DNA of 64,000 nt from Cellvibrionaceae bacterium 1162T.S.0a.05 (GTDB lineage: Bacteria; Pseudomonadota; Gammaproteobacteria; Pseudomonadales; Cellvibrionaceae), in NCBI GenBank assembly GCA_000964245.1, contig LANB01000001.1, positions 1,700,392 through 1,764,391 on the forward strand, in the 5' to 3' direction. This document shows positions 8,486 to 18,533 of this stretch, piece by piece. Every line of letters starts with the position of its first letter. The first letter of the stretch is position 1. The notes beneath the pieces are model-generated. The model did no database searches and was not told where the DNA came from. It saw nothing but the letters and a program-made list of their open reading frames with translations. The position numbers and the translations under genes are program-made.

Positions 8486-11400
8486 ATGTTTAAGCAAAAG
8501 ATACTGACGCGAGCGATACTCGCTGCGATGGGGTCGGCCGGGGTTTGCACGACGGCTCAGGCGCAATCTGACAATCCGGTTTCATTGGAAGAAGTTGTTG
8601 TTACTGGTATTCGAAGCAGTTTAGAGCGCGCAATGGACATCAAAAGATCTTCTACTGGCGTTGTTGACGCGATCTCGGCGGAAGATATCGGTAAGTTTCC
8701 AGATACTAACCTTGCGGAATCACTGCAGCGTATCACGGGTGTTTCGATAGACCGTTCAAACGGCGAGGGCAGCAAAGTCACCGTTCGAGGCTTCGGTGCC
8801 GCCAATAATTTGATCACCTTAAATGGACGTCAATTACCAACCACAACAGGTGATAGAACCTTTGAGTTTGGCAATATCGCTTCGGAGAGTGTTACCGCAG
8901 TTGAGGTCTACAAAACCTCTGATGCCGGCGTAACCTCGGGAGGTATCGGGGCAACAATCAATTTAAAAACGCATAAACCACTTGATAGCCCCGGCTTGAA
9001 AGCGACCGTCGGCGGCAAGCTTTTGGATGACCAATCCACTAACGAAGGTGGAATTACACCGGAGCTTAGCGGTTTATATTCTCAAACTTTTGCTGACGAT
9101 ACCTTTGGTGTGTCTATCTCAGCGAGTTTTCAGGAGCGCGAAAGCGGAACGCAGGAATTTATTGATAGCCAGGGCTATCGTGCTAGCGATTATACAAATA
9201 CCGGTTGGGGTGGTGTTCCTGCAGGTGCTGCGGGTGGTACCAATCGTCCAACTTCCGGTATCTATTCAAACCCGCAACAACCACGTTATTCATTTGAAGA
9301 GCGTCAACGTGAACGTATTAATGGGCAGTTGGTTTTGCAGTACCAACCTGTTGAAGATTTCACTGCGACCTTTGATTACACCATGGTTCAAAACACCACG
9401 GAAGAACAGCACACTGACGCCTCGGTATGGTTTAACTATGCAGGTGATCGCAGTGAATCAGTTTGGGATGGTGAACCCAATGCGGTACCACTGATTTATT
9501 CTGAAATTTATCCGCAAAATGGTGAGCCTTCAGATTTACGGGATACATCGTTAACCGTAGGTGCGTGGGGCCAGGAAGAAACCATTGATTCTCTTGGTTT
9601 AAATCTAGATTGGCAGGCCACAGAAGAATTAAGTTTTGTTTTGGATATTCACAGTTCTGAAGCAGAATTAACGGCAACTGATCCTCGTCACGGTACTCGC
9701 AACAATATTCAGTTGCCTTCCTACACACGTACACGAACCGGTCTGGATTTGCGGGGTGCATTACCTGGTATTGCCACCAGCAATATTGAACAATTCAATC
9801 CCTCTACCATGAGGTTGTCTGGAAGTTGGTTCCAGAACAGCTGGTACACCTCTGAAGTCGATCAGGCACAACTCTCGGGTAAGTTTGAGTTTAGCGAAGA
9901 AGCAAGTATTGATTTTGGCCTTTCTGTTAATACCGTCAACAATCGCTTTCGCTTTACCAACGTAGAACGCGCCGACTGGGGTGGTGTTGGTGTAGTGGGT
10001 GACTTTGCTGATGGCATTGACTGGAGAGAAGATACAATTCTGAATCATTTCCAGGAATCGCCGTCAGATTTTTCCGGTGTTGCATCGCAGTCTGAATACG
10101 ACTTGTTTGATCGAATCTGGTTCGCTGATTTTGACGAAATCGTTGCCGCAGCGGAACTTGCTGACCCTGAAGCGAACCCAACCGGGGGAGTGTTTGGAGA
10201 CTGTCAAGCAGCACCGGGCGCAGCAGCAGGCCCTAACGGTGAAGGGCAATTTTGTCCGAATACCAATTGGGACGGAAACCGTAACGAATTTACCGAAGAG
10301 GAAACCACCGCGCTGTTCGTTAAATTTAATTATGCCGGTGAAATCTCTGACAAACCCTACAGTATGCACTTGGGTTTACGGCATGAAACGACGGATGTCT
10401 TCTCGTCGGCTTCGGCATCTGGCTACAGCAGCGTAGTGTGGACAGAAGGAACGGCCACAGCATTGACGGGAGTGACTGATATCGAAACACTCAGTCAAAG
10501 TGCTGATTACAGTGTCTTTTTACCTAACTTCAATTTCAACATTGAAGCAACGGACGATGTAACTGTTCGCACGGCGATTAGCAAAACAATTTCCCGCGCG
10601 AGTTATCTCGACTTGTTGGGTGGTACAACTCTGAACACCACAGGTACTTTAAGTGGCTATCAGGGTAATTCAGGTAACCCTGGTCTTGAACCCCTTGAAT
10701 CAACCAACTTTGACTTGTCTGTGGAGTGGTATTACGACGAAGGGAGTTACGCGTCGTTGGGTTACTTCAGGAAAGATGTCAAAAACTGGATTTCTGTCGG
10801 TACGGTAGAGTCAACGATTTACGAACTACCTAACCCATTTGACGGAGAGAAGTTTGATGCGGCGGTTGCCGCACTTGGCGAGAATGCGTCTAATCAGTTG
10901 ATAAGGGCATACATTTTTGAAAACTATGCAGACGACCCCTACGTATTGCCGGATGATTCAGTTAACGGTGGAACAATTATTGGTGACCCTGCCACGGACA
11001 ATATTGTCGTCTTTGACATTGAAGTACCAGTGAATGGAGATAGAGAACATACCATTGATGGTATTGAATTTAATGTCCAGCATTTATTTGGTGAGTCCGG
11101 TTTTGGTACGGTATTTAACTACACCATGGTCGACACTGATCTGGAGTACGACAAATCGTCGCTGGGAGACACCGAAGCATTGATTGGTTTGAGTGATACC
11201 AGTAACCTGGTGTTCTTCTATGACAAAAACGGATGGGAAGCACGAATTGCGTATAACTGGCGTGACGAATTCCTGAGCGAGCGTCGAGTTAATGCAGATT
11301 TAACTGCACCTATCTACACAGAAGCCTATTCACAAATTGACTTCAATGTTAGCTATGACATTCCAGCACTTGAGGGCTTAAACGTATTCCTTGAAGGTAT

Positions 11401-11509
11401 CAACATTACTGATGAATATATTAAGACTCATGGTCGTGACGATAGACTTGTTTATCAGCTCACGCAGTCTGGTGCGCGCTATGCAATCGGAGCTCGCTAT
11501 CGATTTTAA
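8486..11509 (+). CDS. TonB-dependent receptor (large, about 1007 aa)
   Basis: A GGAGG RBS lies 8 nt upstream of the ATG at 8486. The signal peptide is MFKQKILTRAILAAMGSAGVCTTAQA. TonB box/plug (VVVTGIRSSLERAMDIKRSSTGVVDAISAEDIGKFPDTNLAESLQRITGV) and the C-terminal ...GARYRF are present. Confidence 0.9.
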   Translation: MFKQKILTRAILAAMGSAGVCTTAQAQSDNPVSLEEVVVTGIRSSLERAMDIKRSSTGVVDAISAEDIGKFPDTNLAESLQRITGVSIDRSNGEGSKVTVRGFGAANNLITLNGRQLPTTTGDRTFEFGNIASESVTAVEVYKTSDAGVTSGGIGATINLKTHKPLDSPGLKATVGGKLLDDQSTNEGGITPELSGLYSQTFADDTFGVSISASFQERESGTQEFIDSQGYRASDYTNTGWGGVPAGAAGGTNRPTSGIYSNPQQPRYSFEERQRERINGQLVLQYQPVEDFTATFDYTMVQNTTEEQHTDASVWFNYAGDRSESVWDGEPNAVPLIYSEIYPQNGEPSDLRDTSLTVGAWGQEETIDSLGLNLDWQATEELSFVLDIHSSEAELTATDPRHGTRNNIQLPSYTRTRTGLDLRGALPGIATSNIEQFNPSTMRLSGSWFQNSWYTSEVDQAQLSGKFEFSEEASIDFGLSVNTVNNRFRFTNVERADWGGVGVVGDFADGIDWREDTILNHFQESPSDFSGVASQSEYDLFDRIWFADFDEIVAAAELADPEANPTGGVFGDCQAAPGAAAGPNGEGQFCPNTNWDGNRNEFTEEETTALFVKFNYAGEISDKPYSMHLGLRHETTDVFSSASASGYSSVVWTEGTATALTGVTDIETLSQSADYSVFLPNFNFNIEATDDVTVRTAISKTISRASYLDLLGGTTLNTTGTLSGYQGNSGNPGLEPLESTNFDLSVEWYYDEGSYASLGYFRKDVKNWISVGTVESTIYELPNPFDGEKFDAAVAALGENASNQLIRAYIFENYADDPYVLPDDSVNGGTIIGDPATDNIVVFDIEVPVNGDREHTIDGIEFNVQHLFGESGFGTVFNYTMVDTDLEYDKSSLGDTEALIGLSDTSNLVFFYDKNGWEARIAYNWRDEFLSERRVNADLTAPIYTEAYSQIDFNVSYDIPALEGLNVFLEGINITDEYIKTHGRDDRLVYQLTQSGARYAIGARYRF

Positions 11510-11542
11510 TTAGCGCTTCACGTAGTTAATAAAAAATAGTTT

Positions 11543-11582
11543 GGGCCACTGGATTTATTACAATTCACGTGGCCCTTTTTAA
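11543..11582 (+). terminator. Rho-independent terminator after the TonB-dependent receptor gene
   Basis: GGGCCAC...GTGGCCC stem followed by a TTTTTAATTTTTTT run. Confidence 0.6.
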
Positions 11583-11608
11583 TTTTTTTATCCTGGTTAT
11601 GTAGCTGT

Positions 11609-13177
11609 ATGAACAGCGTACTTAGAAAAATAACAATACTCGGTGGTGGTTCAGCTGGCTGGTTGAGCGCTGGAATTATTGCAGCGGAACACCTGGTTAA
11701 TGAAAAATCCGGTATCGAAGTGACTCTCATCGAGTCTAGCGATATTGCACCTTTGGGTGTCGGTGAGGGTACCTGGCCTTCAATGCGCGCGACCTTAAAA
11801 AAAATGGGTATTTCCGAGACAGAATTTATTCTTGAATGCGATGCCAGTTTCAAGCAAGGTTCGAGATTTCAAGCGTGGATAAATAATCACAATGACTACT
11901 ATTACCACCCGTTCAGCTTACCCGTAGGGCACGAAAAGCTGGACATCGCACCTTTCTGGCTCCCCTATCACGAAAAAATAAGTTTTGCGGATGCAGTTTG
12001 CGTTCAGTCCAGGCTAGGTGATAAAAATTTGGCACCAAAGCTGATTTCCAGCGGAGAATATGCGTTCAATGCAAATTACGCCTACCATTTGGACGCAGGA
12101 AAATTCGCGGTGCTGTTACGTGAACATTGCGTCGAGAGGCTGGGTGTTAAACATGTTGTCGATCACGTTACCGCGGTAAACAGCACGAGCACAGGGGATA
12201 TAGCCTCTCTTACCACCAAGGAAAACGGTGATATTACTGGTGATCTTTTTATTGATTGTAGCGGTGCGGCATCAGTACTACTGGGTAAGCATTTTAAAGT
12301 GCCTTTCCTGAGTAAAAAAGATGTCTTATTTAATGATACTGCGCTTGCCGCGCAGGCTCCCTACGATTCACCTGAGAGTCCTATTGCATCCTTTACAGTG
12401 TCTACAGCGCAAACAGCAGGTTGGATATGGGATATTGGGCTGCAGTCGCGAAGAGGGATTGGCTATACCTATTCAAGTGCACATACCACTGACGAGCAGG
12501 CTGAAAATATACTGCGCAAATACATCTCACCCACGCCGTCTATGGGCGTACAAAACAAGGATGAAATCCTTGTCAGAAAATTATCCTTTGAGCCCGGACA
12601 CCGTGAGCAATTCTGGTATAAAAATTGTGTAGCGATTGGTGTGTCAGCGGGTTTCATTGAGCCTCTGGAAGCATCGGCACTCGCACTGATTGAACTCTCG
12701 GCAAAGATGGTCAGTGATCAATTGCCCGCAGATAGACGCGCAATGGATATTGTAGCCAGGCGATTTAACGAGAAATTTTTATATCGTTGGCAAAAGATAG
12801 TAGAGTTTTTAAAACTCCACTATGTACTAAGTCAGCGATCAGACAGTGACTATTGGCTCGATAATCGCAAATTAAATACAGTCCCTGATAGCTTACAGGA
12901 CATGCTTGCCTTGTGGCGCTATCAATCACCGAATAAATACGACTTCCCTCAATTGGAAGAGCTATTCCCCTCTGCAAGTTTCCAGTATGTTCTTTATGGT
13001 ATGGGGTTTATACCTGAACTTCCGGAAAGAGTGAAAAGAAAGGATAGTCGTGATTTAGCAAATAAACTAATTGAAGAAAATATACAGCACACAAAGCAAC
13101 TCATGGCTGTTCTTCCAACGAACAGGGGTTTAGTAAATAAACTCAAGCAGTATCACCGGATAGGGCAAGCCTTGTAA
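11609..13177 (+). CDS. Tryptophan-halogenase-family flavin-dependent halogenase homolog (copy 1)
   Basis: N-terminal FAD-binding motif ILGGGSAGW plus GEGTWPS. Size 522 aa. The WxWxIP-like region is GWIWDIGLQ. Confidence 0.8.
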   Translation: MNSVLRKITILGGGSAGWLSAGIIAAEHLVNEKSGIEVTLIESSDIAPLGVGEGTWPSMRATLKKMGISETEFILECDASFKQGSRFQAWINNHNDYYYHPFSLPVGHEKLDIAPFWLPYHEKISFADAVCVQSRLGDKNLAPKLISSGEYAFNANYAYHLDAGKFAVLLREHCVERLGVKHVVDHVTAVNSTSTGDIASLTTKENGDITGDLFIDCSGAASVLLGKHFKVPFLSKKDVLFNDTALAAQAPYDSPESPIASFTVSTAQTAGWIWDIGLQSRRGIGYTYSSAHTTDEQAENILRKYISPTPSMGVQNKDEILVRKLSFEPGHREQFWYKNCVAIGVSAGFIEPLEASALALIELSAKMVSDQLPADRRAMDIVARRFNEKFLYRWQKIVEFLKLHYVLSQRSDSDYWLDNRKLNTVPDSLQDMLALWRYQSPNKYDFPQLEELFPSASFQYVLYGMGFIPELPERVKRKDSRDLANKLIEENIQHTKQLMAVLPTNRGLVNKLKQYHRIGQAL

Positions 13178-13179
13178 TT

Positions 13180-13926
13180 TTGGAATTGAATATGACAAAT
13201 CATGTACTACTGAATAGCATCGACCATAAAGATATAAAGATAGTGACAGAACGATCAGCCGAGTATGGTGACAACCTATGGTATGCGCAGACATTTATTC
13301 AAGAATTCAAACATGTTCAAGCGCACTATCCGATTGTATTTCAGAAAAACCCTGAAAATGACGAATATTTTCCGGTTGCATTATTTGGTTTTAAAAATGA
13401 AGAAAACCTTTTTTTAAAAAACAAGCGCTGGGACGCTCACTATATTCCCCTATCCGTGAAACGTTTGCCTTTTTACATTGGTTTTCAGGAATCTGATTCT
13501 TATGGTGCTAGTGAAAATCAGAGAGTCATCAGTATAGATTTGGATTCGCCCAGGGTCAGTAAAGAAAAAGGCATTGATCTGTTTTTGGAGTTTGGTGGAA
13601 ATAGTCAATATCTCGAAGAAATGGCAAATATTCTGGAAACCCTGCATCACGGTTTACAGGGAAATGCTGCTTTCTGCAAAGCACTGGAATCTCTAAACTT
13701 GATTGAATCATTTACACTTAAAGTTCAGTTACATGATGGCAGTAATAATCAATTAATGGGTTTTTCTACTATCAATGAAGATGCCTTAAATAATTTAAGT
13801 GACGATAAGCTTGTTGAGTTGCATCGGGCGGGCTACTTGCAGGCTGCTTATTTGATGTTGGCCTCTCAAGTACACTTTCAGGATTTGGTTGAGAGAAAAA
13901 ACCGCAATGTTTCCGGGCCGATGTAA
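13180..13926 (+). CDS. SapC-family protein
   Basis: 248 aa; the IVFQKNPENDEYFPVALFG region is typical of SapC. It sits in the canonical position between halogenase and cupin genes. Confidence 0.7.
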   Translation: MELNMTNHVLLNSIDHKDIKIVTERSAEYGDNLWYAQTFIQEFKHVQAHYPIVFQKNPENDEYFPVALFGFKNEENLFLKNKRWDAHYIPLSVKRLPFYIGFQESDSYGASENQRVISIDLDSPRVSKEKGIDLFLEFGGNSQYLEEMANILETLHHGLQGNAAFCKALESLNLIESFTLKVQLHDGSNNQLMGFSTINEDALNNLSDDKLVELHRAGYLQAAYLMLASQVHFQDLVERKNRNVSGPM

Positions 13927-14943
13927 ATGTTAAATGCCAGTCACACTGTGCCGGTTCTGGACGGGTTTAGTCCAGAAAATATTCCCGCAGAAATATTGTC
14001 GTCTGCCATGCCGCTAGTACTAAAAGATTTTTGTGCTAACTGGCAAATTGTTGAGGAAGGTAAAAATTCCGCGCGTAAAGCGGCAAATTACCTAATGGGT
14101 TTTGACCAAGGGAAAAAGTTGAAAGCGAGTTACTTGCCACCAGAGGCCCAGGGACGGGTTTTCTATAATAGTGACATGAGTGGATTTAATTTTACAAATA
14201 AGGAGTTAACCCTGGCTCATATCCTTGTAGATATTTTTTCTCAGAAAAATTTACCTGAACCAGCGGGTATCTATGTCGCATCTACAAGCCTTCACCATTT
14301 CTTTCCTGGCTTAGCAGAGCAAACAGCAGTTACTAATTTAACTAATGATTTATTGGTTAATATCTGGCTTGGTAACCAAAGTCGAATCGCAGCGCATTAT
14401 GATTTTGCACAAAATCTTGCTTGCTCAGTAGTAGGCCATCGGCGATTTACACTTTTTCCACCGGAACAAGGTAAAAACCTTTATGTTGGTCCACTTGATA
14501 AAGCGCCCGGAGGGCAAGAAATCAGCACGGTTGACTTCAGGAATCCCGATTTTGACCGTTATCCAAAATTCAAACAGGCCCTTGCTGTGGCACAGGTTGC
14601 TGAATTAGCGCCAGGAGATGCCCTGGTTTTGCCGAGTATGTGGTGGCACCATGTTGAAGGCCTGGATGAATTTAATGTGTTGATAACCCGTTGGTGGCGT
14701 GATTCCGCAGCGTTTATGGGGCGCCCAACAAATGCGTTGCTACTTGCCATGTTAAGTTTGCGTGACTTGCCCAAGGCGCAGCGAGATGCCTGGCAGGCGA
14801 TTTTTAAACACTATGTTTTTGATTATCAAGCAGAGAATTTCGAACATATTCCCGATAATGCCAAAGGTTATTTAGCAAGCCCGATGAGTGAACTTACAGC
14901 ACGAAAATTACGTGCAGAATTACAAAATAAGTTGAGACGATAG
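13927..14943 (+). CDS. Cupin-like / JmjC-like domain protein (Pass1-type)
   Basis: 338 aa with a WHH...H motif (MWWHHVEGLDEF) in a beta-rich core. It is translationally coupled to SapC (TAAATG). Confidence 0.65.
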   Translation: MLNASHTVPVLDGFSPENIPAEILSSAMPLVLKDFCANWQIVEEGKNSARKAANYLMGFDQGKKLKASYLPPEAQGRVFYNSDMSGFNFTNKELTLAHILVDIFSQKNLPEPAGIYVASTSLHHFFPGLAEQTAVTNLTNDLLVNIWLGNQSRIAAHYDFAQNLACSVVGHRRFTLFPPEQGKNLYVGPLDKAPGGQEISTVDFRNPDFDRYPKFKQALAVAQVAELAPGDALVLPSMWWHHVEGLDEFNVLITRWWRDSAAFMGRPTNALLLAMLSLRDLPKAQRDAWQAIFKHYVFDYQAENFEHIPDNAKGYLASPMSELTARKLRAELQNKLRR

Positions 14944-14979
14944 GCCCAGGCAATTTGTACAAATCAGGTTACAGATAAA

Positions 14980-16485
14980 ATGAATTCAGATGTAATAAAA
15001 AATGTTGTGATAGCAGGGGGTGGTACCGCTGGTTGGATGGCAGCAGCGGCTTTTTCGAAGCTCCTTGGTAAGAATTTAAATGTCACTTTAATTGAATCGG
15101 ATCTTATTCCAACTATTGGTGTTGGTGAGGCTACGATCCCTACGCTACATATTTTTAATGATTTACTCAAAATTAGAGAAGCTGACTTTATGGCTTCTAC
15201 AAATGCGAGTTTCAAGCTGGGAATCTCTTTCGAAAATTGGCGTAACATAAATCAGGATTATATCCATTCCTTTGGCTTTTTAGGCCAGGGATGTTGGGCA
15301 GCAGATTTTCAGCATTTCTGGTTGCGAGGTTTTCAAAATGGATCAGCAAGCGAAATTGGTGATTATGTCCATGAGCATGTCGCTTGCAGAAAGGAGAAAT
15401 TTGCTGTTTTCCCGGGAGAAGACCGAAACCACGCTTTTCATATTGACGCCGGTCTTTATGCAAGGTTTTTACGAAATCTTGCTGAACAGTATGGTACACG
15501 CAGAGTGGAAGGTAAAATTGCTTCGGTTAATCTGGATGAAAACAATGGCTATATAAAATCATTGACTCTTGAGAATGGTCAAACCTGTGAAGGGGACCTA
15601 TTTATCGATTGCACAGGCTTTCGCGGTTTGTTAATTGAACAAGCTCTTCATACCGGCTTTGAAGATTGGAGCCACTGGCTGTCTTGCGATAGAGCAATTG
15701 CCGTACAAACAGAACAAGTGACTCCCGCTGTTCCCTATACACGCTCAATTGCACATCAAAATGGTTGGCAATGGCGAATTCCCTTACAAAATAGAATGGG
15801 TAATGGCAATGTTTATTGCAGCAAATATTTATCGGACGACGCTGCGAAAGAACAATTACTGAGTAGCGTGAGCGGAAAGTTAATCAATGAGCCCAGAGTT
15901 ATCAAGTTTAGAACAGGCACGAGAAGAAAACACTGGAATAAAAATTGTGTTGCCCTGGGTCTCGCTAGCGGTTTTGTCGAACCTTTGGAATCGACCAGCA
16001 TTCATCTTATTCAACAAAGCATTATCAGGCTAATGCTTTTATTACCATCAAAAAAAATCGAGCAAGCGAATGTCGATCGATTCAATGAAAAAATGCAGTT
16101 TGAATTAAATAATATTCGTGACTTTATTGTCCTGCATTATCATGTGACGGAACGAAAAGACAGTGAATTTTGGCGCTATTGTAAAAGTATGCCTATCCCG
16201 GAGTCTTTGCAAGCGCGTATCGATTTGTTTAAACAAAATTCACAGGCATATAAGACAGACGAAGAGTTATTTGGCACAGCTTCCTGGATTCAGGTCATGC
16301 TTGGTCAGGGAATCATGCCTGAGCGTTACCACCCGATAGTAGATATGATGGGCGAAGCTGAATTAAAAGCATTTTTGGATAAAATCAAAAATTCAATTGC
16401 ACGCAGGGTGGACAGTTTACCAAATCACTTGGAGTTCATTAAAAATTATTGTCCTTCTAAGAGCATCAAGGTAAGTGAAGTTTGA
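14980..16485 (+). CDS. Tryptophan-halogenase-family flavin-dependent halogenase homolog (copy 2)
   Basis: IAGGGTAGWMAA and GEATIPT motifs, WQWRIP. 501 aa. Confidence 0.8.
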   Translation: MNSDVIKNVVIAGGGTAGWMAAAAFSKLLGKNLNVTLIESDLIPTIGVGEATIPTLHIFNDLLKIREADFMASTNASFKLGISFENWRNINQDYIHSFGFLGQGCWAADFQHFWLRGFQNGSASEIGDYVHEHVACRKEKFAVFPGEDRNHAFHIDAGLYARFLRNLAEQYGTRRVEGKIASVNLDENNGYIKSLTLENGQTCEGDLFIDCTGFRGLLIEQALHTGFEDWSHWLSCDRAIAVQTEQVTPAVPYTRSIAHQNGWQWRIPLQNRMGNGNVYCSKYLSDDAAKEQLLSSVSGKLINEPRVIKFRTGTRRKHWNKNCVALGLASGFVEPLESTSIHLIQQSIIRLMLLLPSKKIEQANVDRFNEKMQFELNNIRDFIVLHYHVTERKDSEFWRYCKSMPIPESLQARIDLFKQNSQAYKTDEELFGTASWIQVMLGQGIMPERYHPIVDMMGEAELKAFLDKIKNSIARRVDSLPNHLEFIKNYCPSKSIKVSEV

Positions 16486-17177
16486 AAAATATAATCAGCA
16501 AACCTGAACTGGAGTTTATTGGAGAAAGAAAAACACCAATCATTGTTGTCGATAATTATGCTGAGAGTACGGCAAATATTATTGGCAATGCAGTGAATCA
16601 ATGCACATTCAGCCCTGATCGACATACCTATTACCCTGGAATCAGATCTCCCTTACCAAAAGCCTATGTCATAGCGTGCCTAAGGCCGTTTATTCAACGT
16701 TTGTACTCTGTTTATAAAATTCCCCAGGATCTGAAACCGATACCGAAGGACAATTATTATTCACTTATCACCACCAAACCAGAAGATCTTGCGCCAGTCC
16801 AATCACTGCCACATTTTGATACGCTGAACCCTTTTCTTATTGCAGCGATTCACTATTTAAATGAAGGGGAGTACGGCGGAACGGGCTTTTTTCGACATAA
16901 AGTCAGCCAATTTGAATATATCGATGAGTCGCGTAAAGACAGGTACTTTGGGGAAATTGAAAAACATCTGCACACGGTTCGAGACCAGGTCCCCGGTTAC
17001 TGTACCGCCGACCATGACGAGTACGAATGTTACAAAATCATCGACTATAAGCCGAATCGGCTTATCCTGTTTCCGGGCTTTCTCCTGCATTCAACACTCG
17101 TGAATCCAGACACGGATATCAATGCAGATCCAGCAACGGGTCGTCTGACGGCCAATATGTTTATCGAGTTTCAGTAA
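16482..17177 (+). CDS. Putative 2OG-Fe(II) oxygenase-fold protein (HxD...H facial triad candidate)
   Basis: The TTG start overlaps the halogenase stop. HFDTLNP followed later by FLLHS suggests a cupin/2OG oxygenase triad. 231 aa. Confidence 0.5.
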   Translation: MKNIISKPELEFIGERKTPIIVVDNYAESTANIIGNAVNQCTFSPDRHTYYPGIRSPLPKAYVIACLRPFIQRLYSVYKIPQDLKPIPKDNYYSLITTKPEDLAPVQSLPHFDTLNPFLIAAIHYLNEGEYGGTGFFRHKVSQFEYIDESRKDRYFGEIEKHLHTVRDQVPGYCTADHDEYECYKIIDYKPNRLILFPGFLLHSTLVNPDTDINADPATGRLTANMFIEFQ

Positions 17178-17204
17178 GCGTTCGAATTCGCTTGGCAAAA
17201 AAAA

Positions 17205-17221
17205 CCGCTGCAATGCAGCGG
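17205..17221 (-). terminator. Hairpin (CCGCTGCAATGCAGCGG) with an A-run on plus and a U-run on minus
   Basis: The perfect 6-bp stem plus flanking poly-A/T reads as an intrinsic terminator on the minus strand. It is also the 3' boundary of the halogenase cluster. Confidence 0.5.
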
Positions 17222-17448
17222 TATCCTGAATTAGCCCTGTTGCATTCTCCAGGCAGACGGGACCTATTTGGACTAAGCGAGTGAGAAAATTAATACAGCT
17301 AGTATCATAATATAATATGATAATAATATAATACAGTGAATACGTCTCATTGTATATAAGCTGTCATGTGTCTCTGACTATTTAAGAAAGGTGCGTGAAA
17401 GGGAAAATAGGAAAATAGAGGGTTTCGGGAGAATATGGCGATCGAAAG

Positions 17449-17482
17449 CCTATTAGAAATCGGGCTCTGTAAACGCGTGTTT
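17449..17482 (-). terminator. Perfect 15-bp stem hairpin terminator downstream of the methyltransferase gene
   Basis: TCGGGCTCTGTAAAC-gcgt-GTTTACAGAGCCCGA, followed on the minus strand by a U-rich tract. Confidence 0.6.
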
Positions 17483-17531
17483 ACAGAGCCCGATGAGGCA
17501 CCCTAAAATTTTTTGATTTTTAGTTGGTCTT

Positions 17532-18458
17532 TTATTCAGGCTTTTTGAACTTCAGGGTCATACGGTTAGACTCACCCAATTTGCGCAATTTTTCACGCAA
17601 CTCCGGATTATCCTGGCTGGTGTAAAGGCCAGGGGGCAAGCGCCAGACAACATCGGATTCGGTAGGCTTGTCCAAGGGGTTTTCATTCATTGCGCTTTCA
17701 CCAATTAATTCAAAGCCTGCTTCCTGCATTTTCGCAATCACAAAACTTTTCTTCAGGTAGCCATTTTGGCCACCCGCCCATTGGTCGGGCATGTTTTCAC
17801 GCGCTTCGTGCTGCACGATGCCCACAATTCCGCCGGGTTTTAATACTTTATAAGTGGTGGCTAACGCAGAATCCAGATAACCGCCATCGACGTTGAATCT
17901 TGCCAGGTTATGCAGGGCACGAATAAACAAAACGGCATCAGCCGTGCCTTCAAGTTCGGCAGGCAAGCTGCTCAACTCATACGCTTTTACCGGCGCCGTA
18001 CCTTCGATTCCCCATCCAGCGACCTCGTTGGGCCAATCATTTGTCCAGGTTTTCATTTTGGCGAGCGTTTCGTCATTAAAGAAGCCAAACTTGGGCCACA
18101 CTTCATAGTCGTAATTCGCTCCAACCAGCGTGCCTTCCTCGCCGAGTAGGGGCAGTAAAATTTTCGTGTACCAGCCACCACCTGGAAGCGCTTCAACAAC
18201 TGTCATGCCAGGTTCAATGCCAAAGAAAGTTAAAGTTTCATTAGGGTGGCGAAATTGATAGCGCGCTTTTACGTCATCTGGCTGTGAATCCAGAACAATA
18301 TCGAGTTTTCGAGGGCCATCGGTTTTGTTTACCGCGGGTGCTTGCGCTTCGGGTTTTTTCTCTGCATTCTGTGTAGCGCTTTCTGTTGGCTCAGTACTTT
18401 TTCCGCAAGCGGCTACCATACTAAGACCGCAGAAAATTAATAGGATCTTGAGTCGCAT
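17532..18458 (-). CDS. Periplasmic lipoprotein, class I SAM-dependent methyltransferase-like (COG4798-type)
   Basis: Lipobox MVAACG. The motifs VVEALPGGGWYTKILLPLLG and VLKPGGIVGI are typical of the Rossmann MTase fold. Confidence 0.6.
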   Translation of the reverse strand: MRLKILLIFCGLSMVAACGKSTEPTESATQNAEKKPEAQAPAVNKTDGPRKLDIVLDSQPDDVKARYQFRHPNETLTFFGIEPGMTVVEALPGGGWYTKILLPLLGEEGTLVGANYDYEVWPKFGFFNDETLAKMKTWTNDWPNEVAGWGIEGTAPVKAYELSSLPAELEGTADAVLFIRALHNLARFNVDGGYLDSALATTYKVLKPGGIVGIVQHEARENMPDQWAGGQNGYLKKSFVIAKMQEAGFELIGESAMNENPLDKPTESDVVWRLPPGLYTSQDNPELREKLRKLGESNRMTLKFKKPE

Positions 18459-18533
18459 TATTCTCTCCTGATTTTTTGTGAGGGGGCTTTTTACTCCTTA
18501 AGGAGGTGAAGTGTACCCGAGCACAGTGAAAGG

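Noticed and set aside
9027-10436. Multiple opposite-strand and alternate-frame ORFs within the TonB-dependent receptor gene
   Set aside because: Shadow ORFs of a 3-kb coding region.
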